A stretch of 64,000 nucleotides of DNA from NCBI GenBank assembly GCA_964016885.1, contig OZ024740.1, positions 283,402,001-283,466,000 on the forward strand, in the 5' to 3' direction. Under the pieces are notes generated by a model, which saw only the letters and a list, made by a program, of their open reading frames with translations, was not told where the DNA came from and made no database searches. The stretch comes from Eledone cirrhosa (lineage: Eukaryota). Shown here one piece after another: positions 43,054 through 58,074 of this stretch (within the stretch, counting starts at the first letter, position 1; each line of letters starts with the position of its first letter). The position numbers and the translations under genes were made by a program.

Positions 43054-44557
43054 AAATATATAATATAATGTTGACAGACATGTATCGACTTATATTTTTC
43101 AATACATATGTATAAATCCATCAATATAATTTGTGTCATCTCTACATGATAAATGGATCTCCGTCGATGTTGTCACCGAGTATTCTAACGGTTCGATAAA
43201 CTGAATTTCCCCCTCACTGAATTAGCATGAAAGTCGACGAGTATTCCTCACGAATGTTTACCTTAAATTTATCTTTGAGTAAAATGAGTGTCGCACTGTG
43301 TGAGAAAGCTGGACGTTGAATTTGCAGGTAGAGTCCATCCAACGAGCGTCCGTACAGTTTTTGTACAGCAGACATGATAGTTATTCATCTGTAGTAGTAT
43401 TAGATATATGCAGAATTAATACCAAAGCATTGCACATCTTTAGGGGAACTAAGATTACATATAAGCTTCAGTGTTGCTATAGGATTACATACAAAGACTA
43501 CGAAATCTCCAACGAACTAGAATATTGATATTAAATTGCAATGCAATAATATAGCATGCGATACCACGGTTTTCAAGCTGAATGGATATTGGGGGATATA
43601 TAAAAGAAGAGACAAATTTAAGTATAGAGAGATGGGATTAATGTCCTGTTGACAGAAATACTATTATGAACATTATACAGCATAACAAAGAAAACAGTAC
43701 ATCGTCGACTTAAGTATCTTGTTTACTTGAACATATGTTTATGTAATGTGAAGAACTATTCGAAAAAATAGAAAATAAACAGTTTTGATTCGAAAAGAAT
43801 AGATTCGGTAACAGATTTTCTATACAATAGACTAATCTGAAGAGTAAGCGAGACGATAAAGTATACATAGACTAACAGTGATATCAGTCATATTTTAAGG
43901 AGGAAAATGTAAAGATAGAATCATGAATTTTGATGGGATGAATAAGGAAAGGGATGGAAAACACTGAAAGTGAAAAATGTAAGTTAAAAGTAAAAAGAAA
44001 CGATATTCGAAGCCAGTGTAAATATAATAAGAAAAATAAAACAATAATTTTGCTAAGATCAGGAGAATATAGAAATAGTGGTAAAAGAAAATAACACTGT
44101 TTCATTCAAGGACAGTTTGTTGAATGTTATATACACCTACATGGACAAGGAAACGTATATACATACATACAATTATAACACGCACGCGCACAGCCGTTCT
44201 TTTGGTTGCTATTTCTAGCGACATTATAAGCATATCATTTAGCCCTAATATGCTATGGGAGTTTTGATCTCATAACGTTACACGTGTTTTTATTCCAGCA
44301 TGCTGCCTCAGCAAATGAAATATGTATGATTTCTTGGTCAATTTCTCTTAAATTTTGAAGGATTAACCCCTCCTGAAAAGTATGGCGGATCCTTCAATTA
44401 TTGGTGGTTCCAATAAGAATTATTCCCCATATGAAACCATGGTAAGGAAATCTATATATAAGCAAGTTTAGATAGAATATATATATTTTTTGTTTAACTT
44501 CTTTATATTCCTATAAATGGAATTTTTTCTCACATAATTTTAATATATATATAAATA

Positions 44558-44742
44558 TAATTGTTTCTACTTTTGGCACAAGGCCAGCAATTATTCCAGT
44601 GCATAACGGTACTTTATTTTATCGACCCCGTAAGGATGAGAGGCAAAGTTAACCTCGGCGAGATTTGAGATCAGATCATAAAGGGCCGTAACTCTATGCT
44701 GCAAAGCATGGCGTCAGACTTTCTACCGATACTGCCAATCCT
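44558..44742 (-). mobile_element. tRNA-derived SINE
   Basis: Near full-length reverse-complement copy. Confidence 0.9.
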
Positions 44743-47700
44743 ACGAAGCCCTTGTATATGACCGAAAAATCTTCGATCGCCTCCCCACTCATTCGATGTT
44801 TTAATTAAGCTACTATCTTAAAGATACCAACCAAAATAAATGAAATAGTGAGAAGAACGATTTCGTCTGGGTAGAGAATCAGATTCCCTATTCCCAGACT
44901 AATTAATTAATTTCCACAGCTCCACCTACCCGCGACAGTCCATGTGGAGCTGGCGTTCACAGATCATTAGGTAATGCTATTTTGCCTTACGTAATTCCGG
45001 CTAGAGGCAGCTTCATCAGCGAGGAAAATTAGCCTCTTCGGAACAAATTGGTGCCTGCTTGTTCTGGTATAAGATCACCAGTACAGTAGTAGTCCTACCT
45101 CTCTGTGTGTTGTGACAGTGATGCAAGGTTATCAGTCTGCCCCCTGCCTAGAAGATCACGTTGACACATTTTTCAAAATCAACAAAGGAAAAAAGGTGCC
45201 ACTGATATATATGTGTGTGTGTGCTTGTGCTTGTGTGTCTGGATGAGAGTGTGTGCTTGCATGTGTGTACCTGAGTGTGAGCGTGTGCGCGTGCATGTGT
45301 GTTTGTGTGTGTATTTTGGATTTTTGAAATGTTGAATTGCCATAAATATAAGCTGATTATTTTAAATAGTCCCATTATTTTTTTAATAGTTATCACAACG
45401 TTTTTGACATTGTACCATCCTGTCTTCTTCAGGTGCCTATTGTATTCGTTGACCTTTAGAGAATGTCGAACGGAATTCTTTATTCAAATCACGGGATTAG
45501 ATAGTTCTCATTCCGTTGTCCATACCCGAGAATATCCTGGGGTGTAATATTGATCAAACAAACTTCCAACTATACTTAACGATTACAAATAACCTGCATG
45601 ACCTTCATTGTCATAGGTATGTTGAAATAATGATTTCATTTAAAGATTATAGGATTCGCGTTGGGGAAAGATGTGAGAGACGAAAGCTAACATGATACAT
45701 GAATGACATGCGATGTGGCTGTTTCTGTTAGCAAACTCTTATTACAAAAGCTACAAACTGGAAGTATATTCGGACATGCAAGCTCCTCATCAACTTTACT
45801 TGATGCAATATTTCCCTAATAATTAGAACTAAATCTTTCGTTAATGTTAGATATTCAAATACCAGAGACTAGAGAAGATTTTTAAAACATAAGATGATTG
45901 AAGTACAAATCAATACATTTAAAGCGAACTATACCAAACTGTTTGTTAATGTAATATACAATACGAGGTAAAGAATCGTGAAGAACTGGAGGTTGATTAT
46001 ATAGTATAATTTGAAATTTTTGCAAGTTCACTTTAATTGTATGTGGTGAATTGTAACTTGGTCTCCTTGTGGTTAACTCATAACGTAGATTAGTAAACTT
46101 TCAATTGGTTTTTCGTCAACTGATAGTAGATGAAGACCATTACTTTGACTACCTGGTTGATTGAGATTTATGTGTATGTAAGATGGCTGGTGAGTCAGAT
46201 TTTAGCAGGGATACAGCGGCCGCATCTAGGTCAATAGTGTTCCGTGGCTTCTTTAGAAATTCCAATTGTACAGACTTTACTGTGCTCGCATTTGGTTTCC
46301 ACTGTGTTGACGGGCGACTAATACGATGTGTTGCGCCATTATGAATGAGGGTAGGGAGTAGGAACCTGTTTTGATCAGGGTGCTGCTATTCAATGCGTAT
46401 TTAAACATTGAAATAAACCCACACACGCACATACACACTCATACACAGACACACACACGCGTGTGTGCGCGCACAAACACACGCACACACACACAAACAC
46501 ACACAGACACACACATGTGTCATCTTTCTTCATTGAACCCTCAATTTTTTTATTAAATGGTATGGTTGTCGTCTTGATATATGGCGTATGTTTCGAGTAG
46601 GTAAATCTGACTGAGCCTATCCCAGTCGTTCCCAGGGAAAACAAAGAACAATGAACCTTAGTACTAGACGGATATCTTATTTGTCGATCCTGATAGGTTG
46701 AGAAGTAGAGTTGGCTCCAGTATGTTTTGAAATCAAAGAGCAGAGATCCGAAGCAAATAGAACGCAGTGTTCCGCACGACCCTCTAACTACTCTACGAAT
46801 TTAATACATATACGTTTATTTGTTGAAAGGAAAAAACACGCAATCCATTGTATAATGTTTATAGCTATATGTAAACAGGTGACGATGTACGAGTACATAA
46901 CTTTCACACACTTTCATAAAATTTGTGATGTTCCAGGTGTCTTTCATGAATAGAGATCTACCCACGTAGTTAGTAACATCGGTTCTTATTTCTGCGGTGT
47001 CATACCTTAAAAAACTACTGAATGTGGTTTATAGAAGATAGTTCACTCAGTTCTGTATGAAAGCTCACCAGACGGAATGTGTACATGTGATGACAGTTAG
47101 GTAATTCTTTAGAACTTAAGAGATATTGCAAGAGCAATATTCATTATTGTATCTAGAGATTTTCAGATAACCAACGACTACAGTTATGTAAACATGCATT
47201 AGTCCTCTCAACAGTATTCTAAGTTTAAATAGAGAGCTACAGTCCTTGGTTCCTGAGATAAAAGATAAATTTGGTAAACAGAATAAAACTTTCACTGTTC
47301 GTCATTCTGAAGAATCGCAAATGATGATTGTAAGATTCTGCTGAATACTTGGATTTTGAGATTTATGATTGATATACCATTAACACAATGTGAGTGTACG
47401 TACGGTATATATGTATGTTCCTCTAGTTTTATAATTTTGCAAATTTTTGCCAATAGAGAGTCAGTTTCTAACATAGATACAAGACACTCTTATTGGAATT
47501 TACACATTACACAATATCAATTAGCTAGATGTGTATGCATGCCTGCATGCATACATGTGTGTGCAGGTATGGATGTTATTGTATGTGTGGATGTGTATGT
47601 TTTGAGTTTTATGTGTGCATGTACATATGCTTTGTATCTGTTCAAGTGTATATGCAGTTACTAGATGCAGAATTTGGGGAATGTTTTACATATTTTTACT

Positions 47701-48983
47701 GTTCCATTAATGGATTGTATTTGTAATTTCCTAACTAATCGTGTTCCTTCTGTTTCTGTGAAGCCTAGCTTCTTAAGATTTGTATTGTATGTATGTATGT
47801 ATATATGTATGTATGCATGTATGCATATATGTACATATATATATATATACGTACATATATATGTGTCTGATCACTCGCGAAGCTGAAAGGCACAGGTGTG
47901 ATAGGTAAATGAAACAGAATAGTTCAAAGTGAAAACAAGCCCGTCTCGAATATTCGGCTCAGTGATCTGGAAATTATAGAGTTTACCATCTGACTATAAA
48001 TTTTGTCCACACCCTTTGACACAGTTATATTAGGTTATATAACGCTGAATTCGTGTCGAAACTTACAAATTCTGAGGGTTAGGGTGTTCTAAGTAGAAGC
48101 CAATATACCTACGCACAGATTCTGTTTGTTTGTTGTTGTTTTTCAGATATATCTGTAAACTCCTTAACTAAGGGTAGTAGCTCTTTATTAAAACTTAGAA
48201 AAGTTAAGAGAGAAAAGTATGGAAGTTGTTCATAATCATTCGACATGATAGGAATAGCAAGTGAATCTCACAGAAAACAAACCGAACCATCTTTCTGAAA
48301 ATTACAATTTCTATTTTTATGATATGACTGGAATGGGATAATTACGACTAATGCCCCTTTTTTTCATAAGTATTGGGTTTTCATTCGTGGAAAAAAACAA
48401 ATTTCTACAAATGTCATACTTGACAGTCCAATATATTGAATCAGTAGTACTGACAAGAAATTAAGTAACAATTACAACAATCAATCAAAAGTGTTCTAAT
48501 TATGCAATCTAACTTTTGATTACATGAATATCGGTTGACATGTATGTCTTCCCATCATCATAAATGATTGGTACAGTCAAATATTTAATAGGAAATATAA
48601 ACAATACGCGATTATAGTTTTATTCAAATGAATATAGGACACTGAGAGATTAAGAAGTTCGATTCAAATTCTTGAGGTACCAAATGCGATCCCACTACTT
48701 AATTTTTTGGATGAGTATCTTTAAACTTACCTTCTGCTTGACACAAAACGTGGATTGTGTCTGTAATTCAGACTTTCAGCATTGTTACATTGTGTGACAC
48801 CGCTTCTGATTGAGATTTATGTTAAAGGCGCATGTGTTGGAGGAATACTCAGCCATGTTATTCAAATAATAGGTTCAGTCGCGCTACTGAATATATTTAC
48901 TTTGATGAACGAACACCTTGCAGAAATAGCTACATTCAATAAAGTGGGAAATGGAATGGACCTTCATCGCTTTAGAAGTTGAG

Positions 48984-49428
48984 GCCTAGAGCTCATGCGG
49001 GGTTTGATGGTTATAACTTTGTTATTGATTTTGTCAATTGAGAGTCTCAGGACGTAGTCTAGTGCAATGATAAAGAGGAATGGAGCAAGAGTGTCACCCT
49101 GCAGCACTCCTGCTGAGATGTCAAAGAACTCAGTTGGGCCATTAGGGGTGATGATAGTGGCACTTGTGTTGAGATACAAAGCTTTAATTGCTTCCTCAAT
49201 ATTTTCTGACCACTGCCATCGTGCCACCTACGAGGTTGTGTCCAAATTAGTGCTTCGGAAACCACAAGCAGTCACTACTAACAGGGGGCGCAAGCTCTCC
49301 TACCCAGATGTCATCTCCAGAGATTCTGGTATTGAAACCCAGGACTTGGCAACGGCAATAAACGACAGACCCACGTGGAGATCAATTGTTGAGTTCATTT
49401 CGGCTGAGGCCACCGGATGATGATGATG
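48984..49428 (+). mobile_element. RTE-like LINE insertion, 5'-truncated with 5' inversion
   Basis: Minus-strand RT segment LYLNTSA..GVLQGDTLAPFLFIIALDYVLR joined near 49205 to the plus-strand ORF C-terminus (HCHR..RGRKLSYPDVI..DRPTWR) and a (TGA)n tail; 9/10 TSD AGAAGTTGAG / AGTAGTTGAG. Confidence 0.9.
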
Positions 49429-50473
49429 AGTAGTTGAGTGTTCCAGTTGTTTGACCGATGGAACAGCCTGCACATGAAATAAATAAGCAAATGGATGACC
49501 ATTCTAAATATACAGGAACCTATAATGTAATACTAAAGAAGATTCGTTGTATCATATTGTACAGTCAGTCTAAAGAGCTTTTATACGACGCTTGCATTGA
49601 CCCGTGGCGATGGTAAATGATATCCAAGATGCCAGGCAGTAGAATTGATCTAGGAACCTTAAGACATTCAGCCATGTTGTATACAAAAAGCTTGAAAATC
49701 CGAGTTGATTAATCGTCTATAAACACTGTCAGTGTCATCATTGAATAGTCTTAAGTGGTCTTTATTTATTAGCTACTTATATATAACCATGCCATCTGTG
49801 CAAACTTCATAGACATTCGCACTCTGTATACGTTTGTCTTGTTCGTTGCACATAAATACTCTTAATAATTAATTGCTAATCTCATGAACTTCCGGATTTC
49901 TTAATCAGTATAACGCAGACGATATATTTAAAATGTTATATTGAGATTGTAGTAAGAAGTGTAACCACACACACACACACACACACATACATACACACAC
50001 GCACAAACACACACATACATACATACAAACATACATACGTACATACATACACATACACACACTCATCGTATGTATGTATATATACTCACCAGAAGATTAT
50101 TGGTATTGATTTGGCTTGATTTACTGATTGAATTATAACCGAATTTTATGTCTAAACGGATGTTTATGAGACTAGAACAAACTTCCTTCGCTCTCGTACG
50201 TGACAGACGATATGTAGACAGGCATACAAACACATACGCATACACAATCATATTCACCCACACATGAGTGTGTGTGTATTTTTAAGTATGTGGAAGTATT
50301 TGCATTGGCACTTTTAAAATGCTATTTCACTTTTAATTTATTAACGATGAAAATTAAAGTCAAGCATTATCTTATTCAAACCAAATGTAAAGGCTATATC
50401 ATTGAATATAAACTGCCAAATGTATTTATATATACATCTCAGCCACTCTGTCTCTCTCTCTCTCTCGCTCTCG

Positions 50474-50535
<62 letters not shown>

Positions 50536-50538
<3 letters not shown>

Positions 50539-50760
50539 TTCAAAAGATGGTTAAAAGAGTTCCAAGTATTTTATTATGCTCATTTCAAAAACAAATATCA
50601 TCATGGGATGATATCTGCGTTCTCATCAGAAAAAATAAGGAGACATGATATGAAGCTTAAAAAACACTTGTGAGCAGTGAAGTTTTAAACCAACATATGA
50701 AAAATAAATTAAGATGGATGTATGAGATTGGGAAAAAGTGCTACAATAAAACTCACCTCT
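50536..50760 (-). mobile_element. TA-embedded HHR element, family B copy 3
   Basis: About 200-bp arm from the internal TA motif plus about 20 bp of the true 3' end in the opposite orientation; minus-strand HHR at 50567-50637 (CTGATGA gaacgcagatatcatc..GAAA tgagca TA ataaaata). Confidence 0.85.
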
Positions 50761-50789
50761 TACATTATATATATATATATATATATCGA

Positions 50790-50990
50790 TAGTCTATCGA
50801 CTTTCGTCAAATCGGACCGAGGAAACAATGTTTCCGTTGGTCTTTCCAATTGCTAATACTATCTATCGGTCGCAACTCCAGATAGAAGGAGCAACGTGAA
50901 ATAAAGTGTCTTGCTCAAGGACACAACGCATCGTCCGGTCCAGGAATCGAACTCGCAACACCACGATTGTGCAACCATTTCTCTAACTAA
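50790..50990 (-). mobile_element. CORE-SINE-like element
   Basis: Minus-strand B-box GAGTTCGATTCCTG followed by the CORE-like TGTGTCCTTGAGCAAGACACTTTA. Confidence 0.7.
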
Positions 50991-51123
50991 TTCTCTCATT
51001 TTTAAATGATGTTATCTTTTCGATAATGTCACTTTGACGAAGCAAAGAAAGGATAAAAAAAGAAAAACAGGCCCTTAAATATATTTTCCATGCTATTTCC
51101 AACTTCACCTTGTCTCTCTCTCG

Positions 51124-51160
<37 letters not shown>

Positions 51161-51163
<3 letters not shown>

Positions 51164-51789
51164 CCTAAAAATCTACGCAAATAAACAGCTGAAGTCCTAC
51201 TTATGCGAAAAATAAGAACAGCGCTTTAAGTCAAATGCATGGATCAAAAAATAGTTTGCTATTGCACCAAGCAACGCATAACTTATTCGTTATTAATTTG
51301 AATTTTTTCGATTTCATATCTCAGCGACAAATATGAAGCATTGATGTTGAGAATAAGTTTCTACTTCTAATTGGTAAGATCGATTTGATTGGTCAATAGC
51401 ATTTTTACTTTGCAATGAAAGTTCCTTTTTTTGTTCCTCTAATGGACATATTTTAAGCACCAAGACGACACAGAACAAACAAATGAGAACACCAATAAGA
51501 AAACCAATTTGAAGATGTCTATTTTTTCAATAAAGCTTTATTTGATAGAATCGAGTAGAAAATGGTTACTGAGTCCTGAAAAACACTCCCTAATCGTCCA
51601 ATAGGAGAGGCGTGCTCTCAAGTGCATTCACAGGTGCGAGGTGTGATGAGGCATGTTTCGTTTGTGTGACGTGTGCGTGTGCGGAAGAATTTAAATTTTT
51701 CAGGTGGTCCACAGAAAATTTTCTGTGGACCACCTGAATTTTCCTGAGAACAACTTAGTGGTCCACATGGACCAGGTTGACAACCCCTG
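51161..51789. mobile_element. Truncated hAT-like DNA element (one end only)
   Basis: Ends in GGTTGACAACCCCTG (hAT-like TIR) with subterminal GTGGTCCAC motifs and a palindrome of about 48 bp at 51694-51742; left boundary uncertain. Confidence 0.55.
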
Positions 51790-52118
51790 ATATAGTCCCA
51801 ACTGTCAACAGTTTCGCTTATATTTTTGGAAATGTTTAATCGTTGCATTATCCATAAGGCTTCAAGCTTATCAAGAGACTCCCTCAGTTAGGACCGATTT
51901 TTTCCAAATTAATCGCTGCCAGTGACAAATTTGAAATGGGTGAAAATTATCACGTGGCTAACGGTCAACATAGAACATAGAAGTGTTGTGAAGGGTAGAC
52001 TGGTGGCCAGCAAGTTGATTGCTAGAAGAAGCAGCTAGTTAAAGCCTAAATTTACTAGTTAGAAGAGTCAGAAGGAACACATATATTTAAACATAAGCAT
52101 AGACACATATGAGTGTCG

Positions 52119-52198
<80 letters not shown>

Positions 52199-52301
52199 TG
52201 TGTGCATTACATTCATGTGTACACATTCACACGCACATATATATATAGTAAGTGTTTGTCTAATTGCGTATGAAATTTCATTAGATACTGCTAGTATATA
52301 C

Positions 52302-52332
<31 letters not shown>

Positions 52333-53035
52333 ATGATATATGTATGTATGTAATGGTGTATACATGTGTATGTATAAGTTATATAGTTCCAATGATGGTT
52401 ATATATACATTCTTATCTACTCTACACGTTATTTATACCCCACGTCATTTATTTCTATTTTTTCCTCTTATTTTGCTCTGAGCTAAATACTTTATCTATA
52501 ATTACTTTCAGTGTTCATCTCGCTTATATACGCGCGTAGACGTGCCCAGACACACAAGCACATACATACCAATGTGTGTGTATGTATACATATATATATG
52601 TGTGTGTGTATGTGTGTGTCTGTGTATGTGTGTGTATGTGTGTGTGTGTGTGAAGACGTGTGTGTATGCGTGTGTGTGTGCGTGTAATCTCAAAACATTG
52701 AATTAAGAAATCACTACAAATAATATATATTATATTTCCACGACGCAGTAACTTCGTTTCCATTCCGTTCCTATGTTGAATAAAAGAGTCATAGAATTTA
52801 TAGAACAACAGAGTAATTCTTCCTCAGTGAGATAATATAAGGAGGACGAAGTTATGAAATGGGTCATAATACGTGGTAGCTAAATGGTATGAGGGATAGT
52901 TTACTGAAGCTAGTCGTATGAAAGAAAGGAATCACAAAATAAAAGAATAGTATCACTGAAGCAATACGGTGAAATCAACCAAAAAGTATTGTCATTTTGT
53001 AATACATACACATTCGTATAATATATATATGTGTG

Positions 53036-53105
<70 letters not shown>

Positions 53106-53220
53106 TGTGTCTGTGTGTGTGTGTGTGCGCGCGCGTGTATATGTGTGTGTGTATTTTTGTTTGTATATATATGTATATTAGCTTTCTCCGATTATGTATT
53201 TATATATATATATATATAAT

Positions 53221-53405
53221 AGTAATAATAATAAATGTGAAGACTAAAATCTAAAGAGGGATCGATAAGGATAAATATATATGAAGTATATAAGAACCCT
53301 AGAGCAAATATTTATTAAAATAACAGATTAAAGTTTAAGCAAAGAATCGCTGCCGTTAAGCGTGAAAGCAGCGATTCTTTGCTTAAACTTTAATCTGTTA
53401 TTTTA

Positions 53406-53410
<5 letters not shown>
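53221..53410 (-). mobile_element. TA-embedded fold-back element, family D copy 2
   Basis: Reverse orientation of 22720-22921 with perfect arms of about 45 bp. Confidence 0.85.
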
Positions 53411-53466
<56 letters not shown>

Positions 53467-53470
<4 letters not shown>

Positions 53471-53674
53471 AGAAAAACCACAGACCCTCCATCTCAACTC
53501 TACTTTTGAAAAGCAGAAGAACTGCGAAACCGGTAAAGGAACCAAATAAATATATATATTTTTTTTAAATAAGACTCCAGTTGCATTTTCGATTTCATCT
53601 TTTTTTCTTTATACTTTCACTCGTGTAGGACACCTCGGTTATTTTTCATTTTGTAAAAAAAACCTCACTTTCTA
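53467..53674 (+). mobile_element. TA-embedded HHR element, family C monomer (no fold-back)
   Basis: (TA)n-TGTGAGAAAAACC...CCTCACTTTCTAA-(TA)n; HHR variant at 53503-53538. Confidence 0.85.
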
Positions 53675-53733
53675 ATATATATATATATATATATATATGT
53701 GTCTCTGGAACTGCTTTTGTGTGCGTTTTCTGC

Positions 53734-53780
<47 letters not shown>

Positions 53781-53860
53781 AAACAAAGAAGGTATGGTTA
53801 GATACAAGGTGGACCATAACGCACCAGACTACTCAATACTTAGGGTAGTAGAGTGGGTAA
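53781..53860 (-). mobile_element. Family A 3'-end fragment
   Basis: GGTGGACCATAACGCACCAGACTACTCAATACTTAGGGTAGTAGAGTGGGTAA matches the family A extension. Confidence 0.8.
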
Positions 53861-53939
53861 AATGAAACATGGGTAAAATAAAACATGGCATCCTCAGACA
53901 AAATACATAGTAAATGTATAATTTTTTCCTGATATGCTG

Positions 53940-54850
53940 GTAGACAAACGAACTGGACAGATCGGTGACCACCAGGCAGATAACTAGAAAAATCTCAGCA
54001 TATAAGGTGGTTACGTGATTAGAAGACATTATAGTTGGTTTAAACGTTATGAAACATTTAAACCAACTGTACACCAACTGATGGCATGTCAGCAATCTGT
54101 ATAAAGATCCTGCACATGAATAATAACAAACTCACAATAGATAATTTTCTAGTTGTTAGTTGCAAATGGTAAATCGCCCTGTATGCTGAAAGGAGGCATA
54201 CCTTTTCCATAAACGAAGACGAAGAGCAGATGCTAAACATTGTAGATCTATCTGCCTGACCTCATATATAGTCAAAGTTATTGAACAAATTATCAGAAGG
54301 AAACTCATCACGTTCCAAGAAAATCAAATATCCTGCTAACTAACCCACGGCATGGCTTCCGTACGATATGTGTGGCAGTTACACAAGTTTTACAATATTA
54401 CGAACAGTTGCTAAATCGCCCAAACATTGATGTGGTATATCTCGACTTTGCAAAGGTTTTCGAGGAAGTCAATCTGCGAACAATACGCCAGGGTTTAGTC
54501 TCGGTATATTTGGAAAAGCTGGAGAGTGACTGTATGGTTCTATAAGGTTCAGATATTAAACTCTTGTAGATAATGGTGCCTTCTCATTGAAAGCAAAGCA
54601 CCAAATGTGAGTGGAGTCCTTCAAGTATGTGTCAACCCACATTATCAAATTAACTGTGGAACTTGAAGCAATACAGCAACGTGTGACGAAGCAGTTTGCG
54701 TCAATAAAATAAATGAACTACTGAGAGAGGCCGACGCAATTAAGACTCTACTCTATGGAGCGAAGATGGGAAAAATATGAAGTGATATACATTTGGAAGT
54801 TCTTGGAAGGGCTAACACTAATATTTGGCGTTTCGAGATAGACCAACATC
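53940..54850 (+). mobile_element. Highly decayed CR1-like LINE RT fragment
   Basis: Frameshifted peptides DVVYLDFAKVFEEV, SGVLQ, ELEAIQQRVTK, LRLYSMERRWEKYEVIYIWK. Confidence 0.75.
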
Positions 54851-55239
54851 CTAACGTGACGTCAGTGTTTAGTGGTAATATCCAACCTATAACCAGATGA
54901 GCCTACAAGGCAAGAAGCTCAAATATGAGCGGTGGTGTAAGCTACTGCATTCGTCAATGACCAACCAAAGAAGAGTGGCTGTAGAATTAACAATGTCAGT
55001 GACCCAGCATAGCCTTAGCTATATAATCAGACGTTTGAGAACGCCCTACACTCATGTTTCACGATCTTTACCTAACGTCAGAACTAATACCAGAATTATC
55101 CTGAAACAGTTTCCTAGCGTTTTAACATGGACACTGAAATTGGTGTGGCATATATCACAATTTAAAACACACACATTGAGATTTTTGTATGAGTACTATA
55201 TATATAATCAAATTGTATATGCCAACGTATCCGCCGCTA

Positions 55240-55345
<106 letters not shown>

Positions 55346-55350
55346 GATAT

Positions 55351-55397
<47 letters not shown>

Positions 55398-55843
55398 GAT
55401 AGATGTAAGGCTGTATCCCATTTTTCGTTTCAGCCTATTGCTTTAGGAGAAAGAAGTGCCAGTGCCGAGATTGGTATTAAAAAGAAATTATTATAAAACT
55501 CGGTGTATTAAGTATAAAATATGATTGACGAGATATTAAGAGCATGAGAGAATGAAAGATAAAAAGAGTTGAAACCAAAGAGGTTGAGAATAACAATGAA
55601 AGAATTTACCCAGTACTCACTTGGCATGTGAATCCCAGCAGATGAAACGAAATTTCTTTTTGGGTAACAAAATCATAATTTCTGAAAGCAGACAGAAAAG
55701 AAGTCCGTTATATTTTATGGGTACCACATTAGTACACACACACACACACACATTAGTAGACACACACACACATATATATATATGTGTGTGTATGTGTATG
55801 TATATACATATATATTTATACGTATATATTTCTAAGTATATAT

Positions 55844-55898
<55 letters not shown>

Positions 55899-55929
55899 CT
55901 TGTGTATAATGGTAGCTATGGTGCTTCCA

Positions 55930-56212
55930 TAGGCGATATGCCAAAATTAGCACTCAATATTCATACAGAGTAGAGTGTGGATAGTATAAATAAACGAAAA
56001 ATCAGTGATGCATTTGGACTCAGTTTATTGCGTGTTACAAAATGTGAGAAAATTTGCTCCGAAGGAACTATCAGTGTCCGAGGGAACCTGCAGCCGTAGA
56101 ATCAGCCAGATCCATGCAGTGATCATGTCTCGAGCTACCTGCCGGCGAAACAATTGTAACACGCAATAAACTGAGTCCAGATGCATCACTGATTTTTCGT
56201 TTTTTTTATACT
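55930..56212. mobile_element. TA-embedded fold-back element, family L (degenerate HHR, long stem II)
   Basis: 55981-56040 is inverted to 56154-56213; gtgt CCGAGGG [62 nt] GAAA caattg TA acac; left boundary uncertain. Confidence 0.7.
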
Positions 56213-56221
56213 ATATATATA

Positions 56222-56532
<311 letters not shown>

Positions 56533-57084
56533 AGACGTGCCAAATTAAAATTAACAAGACACAAATGCCAGTGCAATCTTTTTAAGTAATCTGTAGCCTG
56601 CCCTAGAAATGACCCCAAACCCTAACTAAGTGTAGGTTTTTATTAATTGCTATGGATGACAGCTTGTTATCTGTGTGCAGTTGTCCGTATAGCCTCTCAT
56701 CTCCATGTCTAAATATCCAGCTAATTGATAGGTGTATATATTTTATAGTAAAGTCATCTACATACTTCCTTCTCGCCAATTAAATCCGATCTGCTAAAAA
56801 AATGTAACACACTAAAACACACAGAGACACACGAATGCATAGGCGCAGGTTCAGATTTACATATATATATACACCCATAAGCAATTACAAGCATCCTCAC
56901 ACAAACACATGTTCATAGTCATATAGATAGACACACATATCGAGAGACCATAAATACAGAACCTTATACCAATTTACATACCATCACACATAGACATTCA
57001 GCTAATCTTTAGTTTTTTAACCTTTGTTTTTCGCATAAATATTATACCATCCAAAGCGGAGACCTCTCCATCTTTACTTAGTTT

Positions 57085-57515
57085 ACTAGAAATAGTAGCA
57101 AAATCTAGATCGAATCAACCCTTACCGCCTAAACATAGAAAACATTGGATCGTCTTCCCTGGATGTCTTGCAGATTGGAAAAGAGTGGGATAGTCACAGC
57201 AGGAATTACTTTGATCGTATGTACCTCGACCATGGTTGACTTGGGGTTAAACAACAACAAAAACAACCAATGTAGTATAATTCATTCGTCTGATTTACAA
57301 ACATGATTACAGTAGATTCATTTTATGACATACATGTACTTGTGGTTTAAGTCAGATCACACCTGATCAAACAGAACTATAGTCAGGGGCTTTCGAGTCG
57401 TAGTCATTCCTTCTTCTTTTCAAGCATAGTATAGTGTTGGACTATACTATTCACTATATTACTTCGTTTTAAGCCGAGAGGGCGCAATTTGACGTAGATT
57501 TGGCTGTTATTTAAC
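57085..57515. repeat. Inverted pair of an old interspersed repeat (GATTTGGCTGCTATTTCTAG family)
   Basis: 57085-57260 and 57340-57515 are diverged reverse complements; related remnants near 3860-4110, 6250, 6560, 40140 and 63540. Confidence 0.55.
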
Positions 57516-58074
57516 ATTCTCATATACAAATTTTTAAATTTGGTTTTATGAGGAACATTGTGATGTGGCTTTTAACGAATGGAAATAATTCAAATAAAAT
57601 GTTAACGGTTCAAGTGAAATTTGTATGTGGTGTAATGAACTAAACTCCGCTTTTCTATGATGCGGTTTATTAGGTTAACTCTCCTCTTACTAATTAGTGA
57701 GTTCTGATAAACCAGGGGAATGGAGTGCATTTTATGAGTGCTTGTTTAGCGCGTACTACATAGTGTTAAGTTGAAGAGGGATTAGTTAGAATGTAATCTG
57801 TCCACTCTGTGGATCGTATTCGTGTCAGGTTAAGAAGTTTACTTCCCAACAACGTGGTTCTCTTTACTATCTAACTGCGAAGCAAATAGAGTCAACCGAA
57901 GTCTGTGCGTGGCATTTGAGTACTCGGAAACTGCATTAGAGACAGGTGGATTGTACTTTTAATTCAAAAGTATAACCTTATCGCATTGTGTTACGCTGAG
58001 ACTGACCGAGACTTGTGTTAAGAGTACATGTGTCCATGCAATAATTAGCCACTAACATGCTAATTTAATATTCA

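Noticed and set aside
44983-45025. Minus-strand CTGATGA agct..agcc GGAA ttacg TA
   Set aside because: GAAA box broken, stem I out of register, not microsatellite-flanked; chance match or too decayed
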